A DNA stretch of 64,000 nt, from assembly GCA_963828735.1 (NCBI GenBank), contig CAWHFW010000003.1, forward strand, positions 205,105-269,104, read 5' to 3'. The stretch is from an uncultured Gemmatimonadales bacterium (lineage in GTDB: Bacteria > Gemmatimonadota > Gemmatimonadetes > Gemmatimonadales > GWC2-71-9). Under the pieces are notes generated by a model that saw only the letters and a list, made by a program, of their open reading frames with translations, did no database searches and was not told where the DNA came from. The translations under genes were made by a program, and so were the position numbers. Positions within the stretch are counted from its first letter, which is position 1. Every line of letters begins with the position of its first letter. This document shows positions 29,863 through 42,657 of the stretch, piece by piece.

Positions 29863-31762
29863 CTACGCGCGCGGATAGCCGATCGCCGCGAGATCCGCCG
29901 AGATCTCTTCCAGGCTCGCCGGATCATCGATCGTCGCCGGCACCGTCCACGCCACCCCGTCCGCGATCTTCTTCACCGTCCCCCGCACGATCTTTCCCGA
30001 CCGCGTCTTGGGCAGCCGCTTGACGACGGTCGCCGTCTTGAACGACGCCACCGGCCCGATCCGCTGCCGCACCAGCTCCACCAGCTCCGCCACCAGCTCC
30101 ACCCGATCCCGTACCGCCCCGTGCTTGAGCACCACCAGGCCGAGGGGCACCTCGCCCTTGAGCGCGTCGCTGACGCCCACCACCGCGCACTCCGCGACGT
30201 CCGGGTGCGCCGCCAGCACCTCCTCCATCTGGCCGGTGCTGAGCCGGTGACCCGCGACGTTGATCACGTCGTCGGTGCGGCTCATGATCCAGAGATAGTC
30301 GTCCTCGTCCTTGTAGCCCGCGTCGGCCGTCAGGTAGTAGCCGGGATAGGCGGTGAGGTAGGTGTCGCGGAAGCCCTGGTCGTTGTTCCAGAGCGTCGGC
30401 GTGGCGCCCGGGGGAAGCGGGAGCTTCATGACGACGTTGCCCGATTGGCTCGGGGCCGTCGCCCTGCCCTCGTCGTCCAGCACCCGCACGTCCCAACCCG
30501 GCACCGGTACCGAGCACGAGCCCGGCTTGACCGGCAGCAGCCCGAGCCCCGCGCAGTTGCAGCCGACCGGCCAGCCGGTCTCGGTCTGCCACCAGTGGTC
30601 GATCACCGGAACGCCGAGCTGCCGCTCGGCCCACTCGAGCGTCGGCGGGTCGCAGCGCTCGCCGGCCAGGAAGAGCGTGCGGAAGCGTGAGAGATCGTAG
30701 CGGCGGATGTGCTCGCCGTCGGGATCGTCGCGCTTGATGGCGCGGAACGCGGTCGGCGCGGTGAAGAAGACGCCGACTCCGTGCTGCGCGATGACGCGCC
30801 AGAACGCGCCCGCGTCCGGCGTGCCGACCGGCTTCCCCTCATAGAGCACCGTCGTGTTGCCGTGGAACAGCGGGGCGTAGACGATGTACGAGTGGCCGAC
30901 GGTCCACCCCAGGTCCGACGCGGCCCAGTACACCTCGCCCGGCTCGACCCCGTAGATGTTGCGCATGCTCCAGGTGAGCGCGACCAGGTGGCCGCCGTTG
31001 TCGCGCACGATGCCCTTGGGCTGCCCGGTCGTGCCGGAGGTGTAGAGGATGTAGAGCGGATCGGTGGCGAGGACCGGGACGCAGTCCACCGGACTGGCGC
31101 CGGCCGCGAGCTCGCGCCAGTCGTGGTCCCGCCCCGGCACCATCGTCGCCTCGCCTTGGGGACGCTGGAGCACGATGCAGCACTCGGGCTTGGCGTCGGC
31201 CAGCTCGATCGCCCGGTCGAGCAGCGGCTTGTACGGCACCACCCGGCCGATCTCGATGCCGCAGGAGGCGCTCAGGATCGCCTTGGGCCGGGCATCGGTG
31301 ATCCGGCTGGCCAGCTCGGGCGACGCGAACCCGCCGAACACCACCGAGTGAATCGCGCCGATGCGGGCGCAGGCCAGCATCCCGATCACGGCCTCGGGGA
31401 CCATCGGCATGTAGATCACGACTCTGTCGCCGCGGCCCACGCCCTTCCCGGGCCAGCACGCCCGCGAACCGGGCGACCTCGTCGCGCAGCTCGCGGAACG
31501 TGTAGGTCCGAACCGTGGAGGTGACCGGGCTGTCGTAGATCAGGGCGAGCTGGTCGGCGCGGCCGGACTCGACGTGGCGGTCGAGGGCGTTGTAGCAGGT
31601 GTTGGTCTCAGCGCCGGGGAACCAGCGGTAGAGGGGCGCGCGGGAGTCGTCGAGGACCGCGTCCCAGCGGCGGTACCAGTGCACGGCCTCCGCCGCCTCG
31701 GCCCAGAAGGACTCGGGGGCGGCCTGCCAGCGCGCGTAGACCTCGCGATACGTGGAGGGCAC
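29863..31762 (-). CDS. prpE: Propionyl-CoA synthetase, copy 1; frameshift near 31450
   Basis: YILYTSGTTGQPKG, RDNGGH, LFLAGERCDP, DHWWQTETGW, LPKTRSGKI. Confidence 0.88.
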
Positions 31763-32077
31763 CTGGCCAAGCTAGGCGCGGGGTGGGGCGTGGCCAAGGG
31801 TCGGGTTGAGTCGGGGGAGCTCCGAAGCCAGTAGGAATGAGGGGGAACATCGGCCGGCCTGGCACATTCCCTCTCAGGTGGCGAACGGCCAGAACACCCA
31901 GGCGGTCGGCTCCAGGGCGCGCGTCGCGTGCCATCCGTCAAGGCAGCGCGGCGACTGCCGATAGCCCCCTGCATGCAACGATCCGCACACGGTCTGCGCA
32001 CGGGACCGAACCTTGCAGACTTCTCTGCGATGGACAAGCTGACCCACCAGCCAAGCAATCTTTTCTTCGGAGATGCC

Positions 32078-32680
32078 ATGCGCACCCTCTCCGCCCCGCG
32101 CCAGGCCGCACTCGTCCTCGCACTTGCGGCGTTCGCGGCCTGTGACGGCCAGGCCCCCAACGCCACTACGTCGTTCTCGGTCATGCTCAAGGACGCCCCG
32201 GGTGACGTGCAGCACGCTGTGGTGACGATCAGCGAAGTGGACCTGGTGGGCTCGGGCGGGGTGCAGGTCCTCACCCAGACGCCGACCACCGTGGACCTGC
32301 TCACGCTCGCGGCCGACGCCACGACTCTGGTGCAGGGCATCGAGGTCCCCTCCGGCAGCTATGAGCAGCTTCGCTTCAAGATCACCGGGGCGTGTCTCGC
32401 GGTGGAGAATGGCACCGGCGGAAGTGACGTGTACGCGACCGACGGCTATGACGCCACTCAGTGCGGCGGCGAGGCCACCGGCGCGCTGCAGGCGCCGAGC
32501 TTCGCGCAGTCGGGGCTCAAGGTGACCATGGCCGGCAACGCGCTGGAGCTCACGGGACCGGAGAAGATCGTGCTGGTGGATTTCGACGTGAGCCAGAGCT
32601 TCGGGCATGAGGCAAGCGGGTGGGTCATGCACCCGGTCGTGACCGGCGGTGAGATCACGACGGAGCCGCCGGCGCCGTGA
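32078..32680 (+). CDS. DUF4382-like lipoprotein, copy 1
   Basis: Lipobox FAAC; LKDAP...AVVTISEV...GSYEQLRF...VDFDVSQSF...MHPV. Confidence 0.8.
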   Translation: MRTLSAPRQAALVLALAAFAACDGQAPNATTSFSVMLKDAPGDVQHAVVTISEVDLVGSGGVQVLTQTPTTVDLLTLAADATTLVQGIEVPSGSYEQLRFKITGACLAVENGTGGSDVYATDGYDATQCGGEATGALQAPSFAQSGLKVTMAGNALELTGPEKIVLVDFDVSQSFGHEASGWVMHPVVTGGEITTEPPAP

Positions 32681-32739
32681 TTCCCGGGGCGGCGGCCGCC
32701 ACCGCCGCGGACCGCCGCAGCCGGTCGCGTCCGCGTCGC

Positions 32740-34860
32740 CCAGCTCGCCATACGTGTTGTCGCCCCAACACCAGGTGCCGCGCCGTGCGTGTCCAGCGCG
32801 CAGGTGTGGCGGGGCCGTGATCGCCGCGGAAGGTATGGGCAGGGATGGAACGATTGGTCGTGCCGTCGCCGAGTGGCCGTACTCGTTGAGGCCCCAGCAC
32901 AGCGTCGGCCCTGATGCCGCGATTCCACAGGAGTGATCGTAGCCCGCGGCGATAAACGAGGCCCCGGGGACGGGAAGTCCGGATCGGGGCTGTGAAGATC
33001 ACCAGTGGATCGGTGCGCCACGTCGTGCCGCCGGACACGACGACCGGGAGGGGCGAGGTCACAGTCGTACCATCGCCAAGCTGGCCGGCCACGTTGTAGC
33101 CCCAGCACACGGCCGCGCCCGCGACAGTGACGGCGCAGGTATGGAGGGCTGTGCGCTGACCTCCTTGATCGCATCGGAGGTATTGACCGGCGTCGTCGTG
33201 GAAGTCGCCCTGGCCGAGCTGACCTTCTTCATTCCGCCCCCACCAGATGCGCTGTGACGGGCCGATGCCACAAGTGTGCGCGAACCCCGCGGACAACTGT
33301 TGAGTCAAGAGCCGCACCTGGCCACGACGATCGTATTGCCGCTCTGCGCGGAATCGCAGTCGTCGACTGCCCCGCCGTCGAGCCGTTCCCGAGTCGGTCG
33401 TCCCCAGCACCAGGCCTCGAAGGCCAGGGTGAACGCGCAGGAGTGATAGAGCGGCGACGATCCGTGTCGATAGCGATAGTCGCCGGGAATCAACGTAGGG
33501 TTGGTGACGGAGCCGACGCGGATCCGAGCCCCAGCCGCCCGTCCGCGTTGTAGCCCCAACACAACAGCCGCTCGCTGGTCGTGCACACGCACCCATGGTA
33601 GCCCCCAGCGTCGATGTACCGAAACACGATCTCCGGCCATCGGCTGGGCGATCGCGTGGAACGTGACTGGCCCGAGGCCCACGACGGTGGCGGTCGCGGT
33701 GTAGATCCCCGGCGTGGGAGGCAGCGTCCAAACGACGGAGGACTGCCCCGCATCGTCGGTGGGTACTCCACTGTTTGATTTACGTGCCGCGCTCGGCACC
33801 CGGTTCACCAGCACTCCCGGGGCGAACCGCCCGGCCGAATCAACGGCCCTCAGGGTCAGACCGGTGCCGCAACGGGGATCCGATTACCCCACGCTGGTCT
33901 CGTGTCGCCATTGCATCGGTTGGCGGACCGGCCAGGTTGTCGAGGGGCTCGACGGCATCTTTGCAGGCGAGCGCGACCACGGCGGCGATGGCCGTCCAAT
34001 GCAGGGCCTCACTGGACGCACCGCGGACGGTCCCCATGGGGGCGTGGTCCTGACTCGCCGCTGACCTCGTCGCCCAGGCGGCGAACCACTGCGATGTCCT
34101 CGAGTACACTCTCAGCGTACCTGCCTCCGTGGTCTTGGAGAGGGTCCAGCACTGCCCCGCGTCGCCCAGATCGTACTCCGCCTTTCCCTGACCGGAGATT
34201 GTTCCGTAGTTATCGACGCTGCGCCCAGCTAATACGTGTCCGAGTCGATGACGAGGGCCGTCCCGCCGCAGCCGGTCAGCAAGGTCAGTACGGCGGGACC
34301 CCAACACACGCGCATAGAGACTCCATTCCGCTTACAGGGTAGTGGTCGCAGGACTTCGTGAGCGGGTGTCGCGGGGACTTCGCGATGCCGCGCCAGCGGC
34401 CACCTCCCGCGGCCATGGGGCGGGGCGCCGCCGCACGTAGTCCGACTTGAGCTGCATGGCCGCCATCGCCAGCGCCCTGGGATTCCGATCGGTGGCCTCG
34501 TAACGCCGCTGCTCCAACCGGCTCCGCCTCGGCCCGGAGATCCTCGATCTCTTCCTCGGGGGCGCCGGCGTAGGCGCGAGCCGGTGTCGCGGAGCCCGGC
34601 AGCCGCCGCATCCAACGCACGTCGTCCGCGCTGCGGACCGCCTCTTCGCGCGCACGTGCCGCCTGGAACCGGAGGAAGGTCTGCTCGACCACCGGCTCGA
34701 CGCGGTCTTCGCCGTCGAGGTTCAGCCACCGGCATGGCGGTCGTGCGGCGCTTGTTCCGCCTCGCTCACGACGTCCGCCTCGATCCGGATCTCGCCGAGC
34801 TGGACCTTGCCCAGCTCAGCCACGTTTTCGACGTGGAATACCAGGCCGAGGAGCAATACG
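32740..34860 (-). pseudogene. Indel-riddled inverted copy of the 34868-37100 genes (vWA tail, small lipoprotein, RCC1 protein)
   Basis: Fragments such as DDAGQSSVVWTLPPTPGIY, QQLSAGFAHTCGIGPS and VEQTFLRFQAARAREEAV appear in shifting frames. Confidence 0.85.
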
Positions 34861-34867
34861 TGGCCGA

Positions 34868-35351
34868 CGTATTGCTCCTCGGCCTGGTATTCCACGTCGA
34901 AAACGTGGCTGAGCTGGGCAAGGTCCAGCTCGGCGAGATCCGGATCGAGGCGGACATCGTGAGCGAGGCTGGCGTCGAGCACCGCACGACCGCTATGCCG
35001 GTGTTCGCGAACCTCGACGGCGAAGACCGCGTCGAGCCGGTGGTCGAGCAGACCTTCCTCCGGTTCCAGGCTGCACGTGCGCGCGAAGAGGCGGTCCGCA
35101 GCGCGGACAACGGTGCGTTCGATGCGGCGGCCGCCGGGCTCCGCGAAGCGGCCGCCGGGCTCGCGCCGTACGCCGGCGCGCCCGAGGTACGAGAAGAGAT
35201 CGAGGATCTCCGTGCCGAGGCGGACCGGCTGGAGCAGCGGCGCTACGAGGCCACCGATCGGAAGTACCAGGGCGCCCGGGCGATGGCGGCCATGCAGCTC
35301 AAGTCGGACTACGTGCAGCGGGTGAGCCGCCGTCGGCCGCGGGAGTCCTAG
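34868..35351 (+). CDS. 3' part of a probable vWA-domain protein, cut at the palindrome centre
   Basis: Helical tail AARAREEAVRSADNGAFDAA resembles vWA-protein C-termini; the 5' part is replaced by the mirror image. Confidence 0.5.
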
Positions 35352-35432
35352 CTGGCGCGGCATCGCGAAGTCCCCGCGACACCCGCTCACGAAGTCCTGC
35401 GACCACTACCCTGTAAGCGGAATGGAGTCTCT

Positions 35433-35741
35433 ATGCGCGTCTGTTGGGGTCCCGCCGTACTGGCCTTGCTGGCCGGCTGCGGCGGGACGGCCCTCGTCAT
35501 CGACTCCGACACCTCCTGGGCCGGCGGCGTCGATAGCTACGGAGCGATCTCCGGCGAGGGAAAGGCGGAGTACGACCTGGGCGACGCGGGGCGCTCATGC
35601 TGGACCCTCGCCAAGACCACGGAGGCAGGCACGCTGAGAGTGTACTCGAGGACGTCGCAGTGGTTCGGCCTGGGTGACGAGGTGAACGGCGAGTCCAGGA
35701 CCAGCGCCCCCATGGGGACTGTCACGGGGTGCGTCCAGTGA
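35433..35741 (+). CDS. Small hypothetical lipoprotein
   Basis: Lipobox LAGC; overlaps the start of the next gene. Confidence 0.65.
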   Translation: MRVCWGPAVLALLAGCGGTALVIDSDTSWAGGVDSYGAISGEGKAEYDLGDAGRSCWTLAKTTEAGTLRVYSRTSQWFGLGDEVNGESRTSAPMGTVTGCVQ

Positions 35742-37295
35742 GGCCCCTGCGTTGGACGGCCATTGCCGCCGTGGTCACGCTCGCCTGCAAGGATACCGTC
35801 GAGCCCCTCGACCTGGCCGGTCCGCCAACCGATGCAATGGCGACGGCAGGCGAGAACCAGCGTGGGGTAATCGGATCCCCGTTGGGCACCGGTCTGACCC
35901 TGAGGGCCGTTGATTCGGCCGGGCGGGCTGCACCCGGAGTGCTGGTGAGCTGGGTGCCGAGCGCGGGCACGTTGAATCAAACGGTCGATACCACCGACGA
36001 TGCGGGGCAGTCCTCCGTCGTGTGGACGCTGCCTCCCACGCCGGGGATCTACACCGCGACCGCCACCGTCGCGGGTCTGGGGCCCGTTACGTTCCACGCC
36101 ATCGCCCAGCCGATCGCCGGAGACATCGTGTTCCGGTACATCGACGCCGGGGGCTACCACGGCTGCGGCATCACGACCAGCGAGCAGCTGCTGTGCTGGG
36201 GCTATAACGCGGACGGACAGCTGGGGCTCGGATCCACGTCGCTCGTCACCAACCCGACGCTGATTCCCGGCGACTATCGCTATCGACGGATCGTCGGCGG
36301 CTTCTATCACTCCTGCGCCTTCACCCTGTCCTTCGAGGCCTGGTGCTGGGGGAATAACGGGGACGACCGACTCGGGAACGGCTCGACGGCGACGCAGTCA
36401 ACGACTCCGGTCGCGGTGATCACGGCGCAGAGCGTCGACACGGTGCAGGGCGATACGATCGTCGTGGGTCAGGTGCGGCTCTTGACTCAACAGTTGTCCG
36501 CGGGGTTCGCGCACACTTGTGGCATCGGCCCGTCACAGCGCGTCTGGTGCTGGGGGCGGAATGAAGAAGGTCAGCTCGGCCGGGGCGACTTCCACACGTT
36601 CTTCCCGACAACGCCCGTCAATACCTCCGATGGGATCAAGGAGGTCAGCGCCGGAGGCCTGCATACCTGCGCCATTACCGTCGCCGGCGCCGCCGAGTGC
36701 TGGGGCTACAACGTGGCCGGCCAGCTGGGCGATGGTACGACTGCGACCTCGTCCCTGCCGGTCGTCGTGTCCGGCGGGCACGACGTGGCGCACCGATCCG
36801 CTGGTGATCTTCCACAGCCCCGATCCCGACTTTCCGCTGCCTCCAGGTCCGTTTATCGCCGCGGGCTACGATCACTCCTGCGGAATCGCGGCATCAGGGC
36901 CGACGCTGTGCTGGGGCCTCAACGAGTACGGCCAGCTCGGCGATGGCACCACGACCAATCGTTCCATTCCTACGGTCGTGGGCGGCGCCCACACGTTCGC
37001 GGCGATCACGGCCGGCCTCCGCCACTCCTGCGCGCTGGACACGCAGGGCGCGGCGTGGTGTTGGGGCGACAACACGTACGGCGAGCTGGGCGACGGGACC
37101 ACCACCGGCAGCAGCAGCCCCGTGGCGGTCGTCGGCGGGCTCGTGTTCTCGTACCTCAAGGCCGGCGAGTTGCACACCTGCGGGGTCACCGCGGCTGGTG
37201 CCGCATACTGCTGGGGCGACAACGAGTACAGCCAGCTGGGTGACGGCACCGCGACGAGTTCCCACGTGCCGGTGAAGGTGGCGTTTCAGCCCTAG
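35738..37295 (+). CDS. RCC1-repeat lipoprotein with N-terminal Ig-like domain; frameshift near 36780
   Basis: Repeated AG..H.C...CWG.N..GQLG.G; TTDDAGQSSVVWTL Ig motif. Confidence 0.88.
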
Positions 37296-37576
37296 GTGAA
37301 ATGGTTCGAGAGGGCGCCGGGAGCACTGATGCTTCGAGCGGGGGGTGCCGTCGCAAGGATACGCAGGGAGTGGCGGCGCACGAGGGGCGTGAGCTGCGGA
37401 TCGGGCCGCGCGGGTGCGAACGCGGGCGTGACCGGCTTGACGCCCCTCGCTTCACCTCGACCTTCAGCACGAGATCCTCGAATCCGTTCGGCCCGAGATG
37501 CTCCTGGGCGACCACGAGCACGTGATGCCGCGTGCCGGCGGGCGCGGTCGCGCACCGCCGGCGCTTCGAGTCTCGC

Positions 37577-38182
37577 TCAGCCGCCGTGATGGTGCTCCGC
37601 GCTGGCTGCCTGCGCTCCGGCGAACTGGCAGCTCACCTTCGGGTTCCAGGGCGAGAAGATCCCGCTCGAGTTGTGCCGGCCCGCCCAGATGTGCAGGCCC
37701 CACACCCCGAACTCCGGCACCTGCGCGAAGTCCTGCCCCAGCAGCGTCGGCGGCGCCGCGGTGGCCGGGTGATCGGTGAACGGAACGATGTACTCCACGC
37801 CGACGAACCGCAGCTTCCCGTTCTTCTCCGGCTCGTACAGCAGCAGCTCGGGCTGGAGCAGGTTCACGGTGCCGCCGTCCTGGATGTACGCGAGATTGCC
37901 CCAGTGGAGCCCCATCGCGCCGGACCCGGGTGTGCTCGGCAGGTCACCCGCCTTGAGGCAGGGGGTGATCGGGGCGGACCAGCCGGCCCGGACCGCCGCG
38001 TCGAAGTCGTGGAACGGGGCGACCAGCCGGCGCAGTTGCGCGATCTGGCTCGCGTCCGAGGCACTGGCGGTTGCCGGTGTGGCCAGCGCGGCCGCGCCGT
38101 CGGGAGCGAGAGTACCCTGATGGTCCTCGCAGGCGAGGAGAGCGGTGACGAGGCCGAGTACGATCGGAATGCGTGCGCGCAT
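37577..38182 (-). CDS. Conserved hypothetical lipoprotein
   Basis: Lipobox LLAC; GAMGLHW...PELLLYEP...GVEY...LHIW...NPKVSC. Confidence 0.75.
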   Translation of the reverse strand: MRARIPIVLGLVTALLACEDHQGTLAPDGAAALATPATASASDASQIAQLRRLVAPFHDFDAAVRAGWSAPITPCLKAGDLPSTPGSGAMGLHWGNLAYIQDGGTVNLLQPELLLYEPEKNGKLRFVGVEYIVPFTDHPATAAPPTLLGQDFAQVPEFGVWGLHIWAGRHNSSGIFSPWNPKVSCQFAGAQAASAEHHHGG

Positions 38183-38263
38183 GTATACCCCCAGGCGAAA
38201 GCGAGGACAGAGTAGGTTGGGACGAATCAAGGTTAGCGTTGCGGCTCGCCGATCGCTGAGTCG

Positions 38264-38839
38264 CTAGGATCCCTGGCGCGCGTGCTCGGTGCTTGCGGTG
38301 ACGTCCGCGCCGACCGTGCCGGCCGTCTCCGTGGCCACGCTCAGATGCCCCTGCACGGTCGGCAGCATGCTCGAGGCGAGCTGTTTCAGCGACTGCACCC
38401 GTCCGTCCTTGGTCTCGCGCTGGAACAGCTGCACCGCTTGGTCATGCTGGGTCACCATCTCGGCCATGTACTTCTTGTCGAAGTCGGACTTGCCCATACT
38501 CGCATATTGGTCGACGATCTGCTGGTGCTCTCGCAGCAGAACCGGTGCGGGATAGGCGGCCTGCTTCGCGCCCGCCTTGAGCTCCTCGTTGGCCTTGGAG
38601 TACTCGTCCACCATGCGCTTGCCGAAATCCCGCACGACGTCACTGGACCCCTTCTTCTCCGCCAGCTTCCCCAGCTTCACCTGCATGAGACCCAGGCTGC
38701 CCGCCATCAGCATGAAGGTGCTATCCGACTCCAGCGCCGCCTTTAGCGCCGCTGTCTGCGCTGCCGCGGGAGCGGGGGCCATCGTGACAGTGAGCAACAG
38801 ACCGGTGACGACTGCGGTTGCAAGAACCTTGACGCGCAT
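38264..38839 (-). CDS. DUF4142-family secreted protein
   Basis: DSTFM..A...LAEKKG...VRDFGKRMV...FDKKYM..MVTQH...LPTVQGHL. Confidence 0.85.
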   Translation of the reverse strand: MRVKVLATAVVTGLLLTVTMAPAPAAAQTAALKAALESDSTFMLMAGSLGLMQVKLGKLAEKKGSSDVVRDFGKRMVDEYSKANEELKAGAKQAAYPAPVLLREHQQIVDQYASMGKSDFDKKYMAEMVTQHDQAVQLFQRETKDGRVQSLKQLASSMLPTVQGHLSVATETAGTVGADVTASTEHARQGS

Positions 38840-39479
38840 GATCCGATCCTCTCCGTTGTGCCGTCTATAGGGTGATCCGTGCTCCAGAGCCCGGAGGCGA
38901 AGGAGGGCGGTCGCGCGCCGCCAGTCTCCAGCGACACGCGACCGTAGGGGGCAGATACAAACGGTGCCGCGCAGGACCAATATCCTCACATCCCCCGGAC
39001 CCGTGGCTCGCGGGCCGGGGTCGTTGCGAGGATGCGACCAGAAGATCGTTCGCGATGCGGCTTGGAACCATCCGCCGATGGTAGGATTCGACCCCTGACT
39101 CGAGTCGGGGGCGGCCTATGACTCCGGTCGGAGCTGTGGAGAGGGTTGCGGCAACGTTGGCCTTCGGCGATGTCGCGCATCAGGCATACGATAGGTGGGC
39201 GGTGTCGAACCCAGGCGTGAGCGCCGTCCAATGCCTCAAGGTTGCGCACCCCGCGGCGGTGGATCGCGATGGGACCGGAAACGATGCGGCGCTCAAGGGG
39301 TGGGACAAGGCGGTGAAACAACTAGGGGCGAGGTCGAAGAGTGGAAAGAAGGTGGCCGTGGATGGGTTTGGAATTCCGGTGTAGTCATCCCCGCGATCGG
39401 AACACGGAAGTCGCCGCTTCCGACGCTGGAGTCGACACGGCTGCGGCGTGGGAGGCGGTGGCGGCGGCCGCCCCGGGAA

Positions 39480-40082
39480 TCACGGCGCCGGCGGCTCCGT
39501 CGTGATCTCACCGCCGGTCACGACCGGGTGCATGACCCACCCGCTTGCCTCATGCCCGAAGCTCTGGCTCACGTCGAAATCCACCAGCACGATCTTCTCC
39601 GGTCCGGTGAGCTCCAGCGCGTTGCCGGCCATGGTCACCTTGAGCCCCGACTGCGCGAAGCTCGGCGCCTGCAGCGCGCCGGTGGCCTCGCCGCCGCACT
39701 GAGTGGCGTCATAGCCGTCGGTCGCGTACACGTCACTTCCGCCGGTGCCATTCTCCACCGCGAGACACGCCCCGGTGATCTTGAAGCGAAGCTGCTCATA
39801 GCTGCCGGAGGGGACCTCGATGCCCTGCACCAGAGTCGTGGCGTCGGCCGCGAGCGTGAGCAGGTCCACGGTGGTCGGCGTCTGGGTGAGGACCTGCACC
39901 CCGCCCGAGCCCACCAGGTCCACTTCGCTGATCGTCACCACGGCGTGCTGCACGTCACCCGGGGCGTCCTTGAGCATGACCGAGAACGACGTAGTGGCGT
40001 TGGGGGCCTGGCCGTCACAGGCCGCGAACGCCGCAAGTGCGAGGACGAGTGCGGCCTGGCGCGGGGCGGAGAGGGTGCGCAT
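39480..40082 (-). CDS. DUF4382-like lipoprotein, copy 2
   Basis: Same protein as 32078-32680. Confidence 0.8.
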   Translation of the reverse strand: MRTLSAPRQAALVLALAAFAACDGQAPNATTSFSVMLKDAPGDVQHAVVTISEVDLVGSGGVQVLTQTPTTVDLLTLAADATTLVQGIEVPSGSYEQLRFKITGACLAVENGTGGSDVYATDGYDATQCGGEATGALQAPSFAQSGLKVTMAGNALELTGPEKIVLVDFDVSQSFGHEASGWVMHPVVTGGEITTEPPAP

Positions 40083-40397
40083 GGCATCTCCGAAGGAAAG
40101 ATTGCTTGGCTGGTGGGTCAGCTTGTCCATCGCAGAGAAGTCTGCAAGGTTCGGTCCCGTGCGCAGACCGTGTGCGGATCGTTGCATGCGCGGGGCTATC
40201 GGCAGTCGCCGCGCTGTCTTGACGGATGGGACGCGACGCTCGCCCTGGAACCGACCGCCTGGGTGTTCTGGCCGTTCGCCACCTGAGAGGGAATGTGCCA
40301 GGCCGGCCGATGTTCCCCCTCATTCCTACTGGCTTCGGAGCTCCCCCGACTCAACCCGACCCTTGGCCGCGCCGCGCCCCGCGCCTAGCTTGGCCAG

Positions 40398-42297
40398 GTG
40401 CCCTCCACGTATCGCGAGGTCTACGCGCGCTGGCAGGCCGCCCCCGAGTCCTTCTGGGCCGAGGCGGCAGAGGCCGTGCACTGGTACCGCCGCTGGGACG
40501 CGGTCCTCGACGACTCCCGCGCGCCCCTCTACCGCTGGTTCCCCGGCGCTGAGACCAACACCTGCTACAACGCCCTCGACCGCCACGTCGAGTCCGGCCG
40601 TGCCGACCAGCTCGCCCTGATCTACGACAGCCCGGTCACCTCCACGGTTCGGACCTACACGTTCCGCGAGCTGCGCGACGAGGTCGCCCGGTTCGCGGGC
40701 GTGCTGGCCGGAAAGGGCGTGGGCCGCGGCGACAGAGTCGTGATCTACATGCCGATGGTCCCCGAGGCCGTGATCGGGATGCTGGCCTGCGCCCGCATCG
40801 GCGCGATTCACTCGGTGGTGTTCGGCGGGTTCGCGTCGCCCGAGCTGGCCAGCCGGATCACCGATGCCCGGCCCAAGGTGATCCTGAGCGCCTCCTGCGG
40901 CATCGAGATCGGCCGGGTGGTGCCGTACAAGCCGCTGCTCGACCGGGCGATCGAGCTGGCCGACGCCAAGCCCGAGTGCTGCATCGTGCTCCAGCGTCCC
41001 CAAGGCGAGGCGACGATGGTGCCGGGGCGGGACCACGACTGGCGCGAGCTCGCGGCCGGCGCCAGTCCGGTGGACTGCGTCCCGGTTCTCGCCACCGATC
41101 CGCTCTACATCCTCTACACCTCCGGCACGACCGGGCAGCCGAAGGGCATCGTGCGCGACAACGGCGGCCACCTGGTCGCGCTCACCTGGAGCATGAGCAA
41201 CATCTACGGGGTCGAGCCGGGCGAGGTGTACTGGGCCGCGTCGGACCTGGGGTGGACCGTCGGCCACTCGTACATCGTCTACGCCCCGCTGTTCCACGGC
41301 AACACGACGGTGCTCTATGAGGGGAAGCCGGTCGGCACGCCGGACGCGGGCGCGTTCTGGCGCGTCATCGCGCAGCACGGAGTCGGCGTCTTCTTCACCG
41401 CGCCGACCGCGTTCCGCGCCATCAAGCGCGACGATCCCGACGGCGAGCACATCCGCCGCTACGATCTCTCACGCTTCCGCACGCTCTTCCTGGCCGGCGA
41501 GCGCTGCGACCCGCCGACGCTCGAGTGGGCCGAGCGGCAGCTCGGCGTTCCGGTGATCGACCACTGGTGGCAGACCGAGACCGGCTGGCCGGTCGGCTGC
41601 AACTGCGCCGGGCTGGGGCTGCTGCCGGTCAAGCCGGGCTCGTGCTCGGTACCGGTGCCGGGTTGGGACGTGCGGGTGCTGGACGACGAGGGCAGGGAGA
41701 CGGCGCCCGAGCCAATCGGGCAACGTCGTCATGAAGCTCCCGCTTCCCCCGGGCGCCACGCCGACGCTCTGGAACAACGACCGGGGCTTCCGCGACACCT
41801 ACCTCACCGCCTATCCCGGCTACTACCTGACGGCCGACGCGGGCTACAAGGACGAGGACGACTATCTCTGGATCATGAGCCGCACCGACGACGTGATCAA
41901 CGTCGCGGGTCACCGGCTCAGCACCGGCCAGATGGAGGAGGTGCTGGCGGCGCACCCGGACGTCGCGGAGTGCGCGGTCGTGGGCGTCAGCGACGCGCTC
42001 AAGGGCGAGGTGCCCCTCGGCCTGGTGGTGCTCAAGCACGGGGCGGTACGGGATCGGGTGGAGCTGGTGGGGGAGCTGGTGGAGCTGGTGCGGCAGCGGA
42101 TCGGGCCGGTGGCGTCGTTCAAGACGGCGACGGTGGTGAAGCGGCTGCCCAAGACGCGGTCGGGGAAGATCGTGCGGGGGACGGTGAAGAAGATCGCGGA
42201 CGGGGTGGCGTGGACGGTGCCGGCGACCATCGATGATCCGGCGAGCCTGGAAGAGATCTCGGCGGATCTCGCGGCGATCGGCTATCCGCGCGCGTAG
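40398..42297 (+). CDS. prpE: Propionyl-CoA synthetase, copy 2; frameshift near 41710
   Basis: Same motifs as copy 1; the frameshift is at a different position. Confidence 0.88.
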
Positions 42298-42657
42298 GCA
42301 TCCGGCGTGTCGGGGCAGGGCGCGGGGGCGACGGGATAGCTCCCTTCGGGCGCTGCAGTCGCCGCCACGCAGGCGTTGGGCTGCTACCAGAGGCTGAGGT
42401 AGTGGCGTCGACTGACGCGCCCTGCGGGAGCCATCCCGTCGCCCCCGCGCCCCGAGCATTCCGGAATGCGCGGACGCGCGCCGCTTAGCATCGGAGCTTC
42501 GCGCGAGCGACGGCGGCGGCAGGCCCAGAGGGGCGCGTCAGTCGACGGCACGACCTCCGCCCTTAGTAGCAACCCCACGCGTACGTGCCGGCGACTGCAG
42601 CGCCCCGGCGGGCCTGCCGCCGCCGTCGCTCGCCGGCGCCGGTGCCGACCTGCGCGC

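Noticed and set aside
31860..31900. CTCTCAGG suggesting a glycine riboswitch
   Set aside because: The other conserved elements (GGAGA, CCGAAG) are not present in the right arrangement.
39074..39112. tRNA-like fragment (GGATTCGACCCC)
   Set aside because: No cloverleaf can be built and the T-loop is imperfect.
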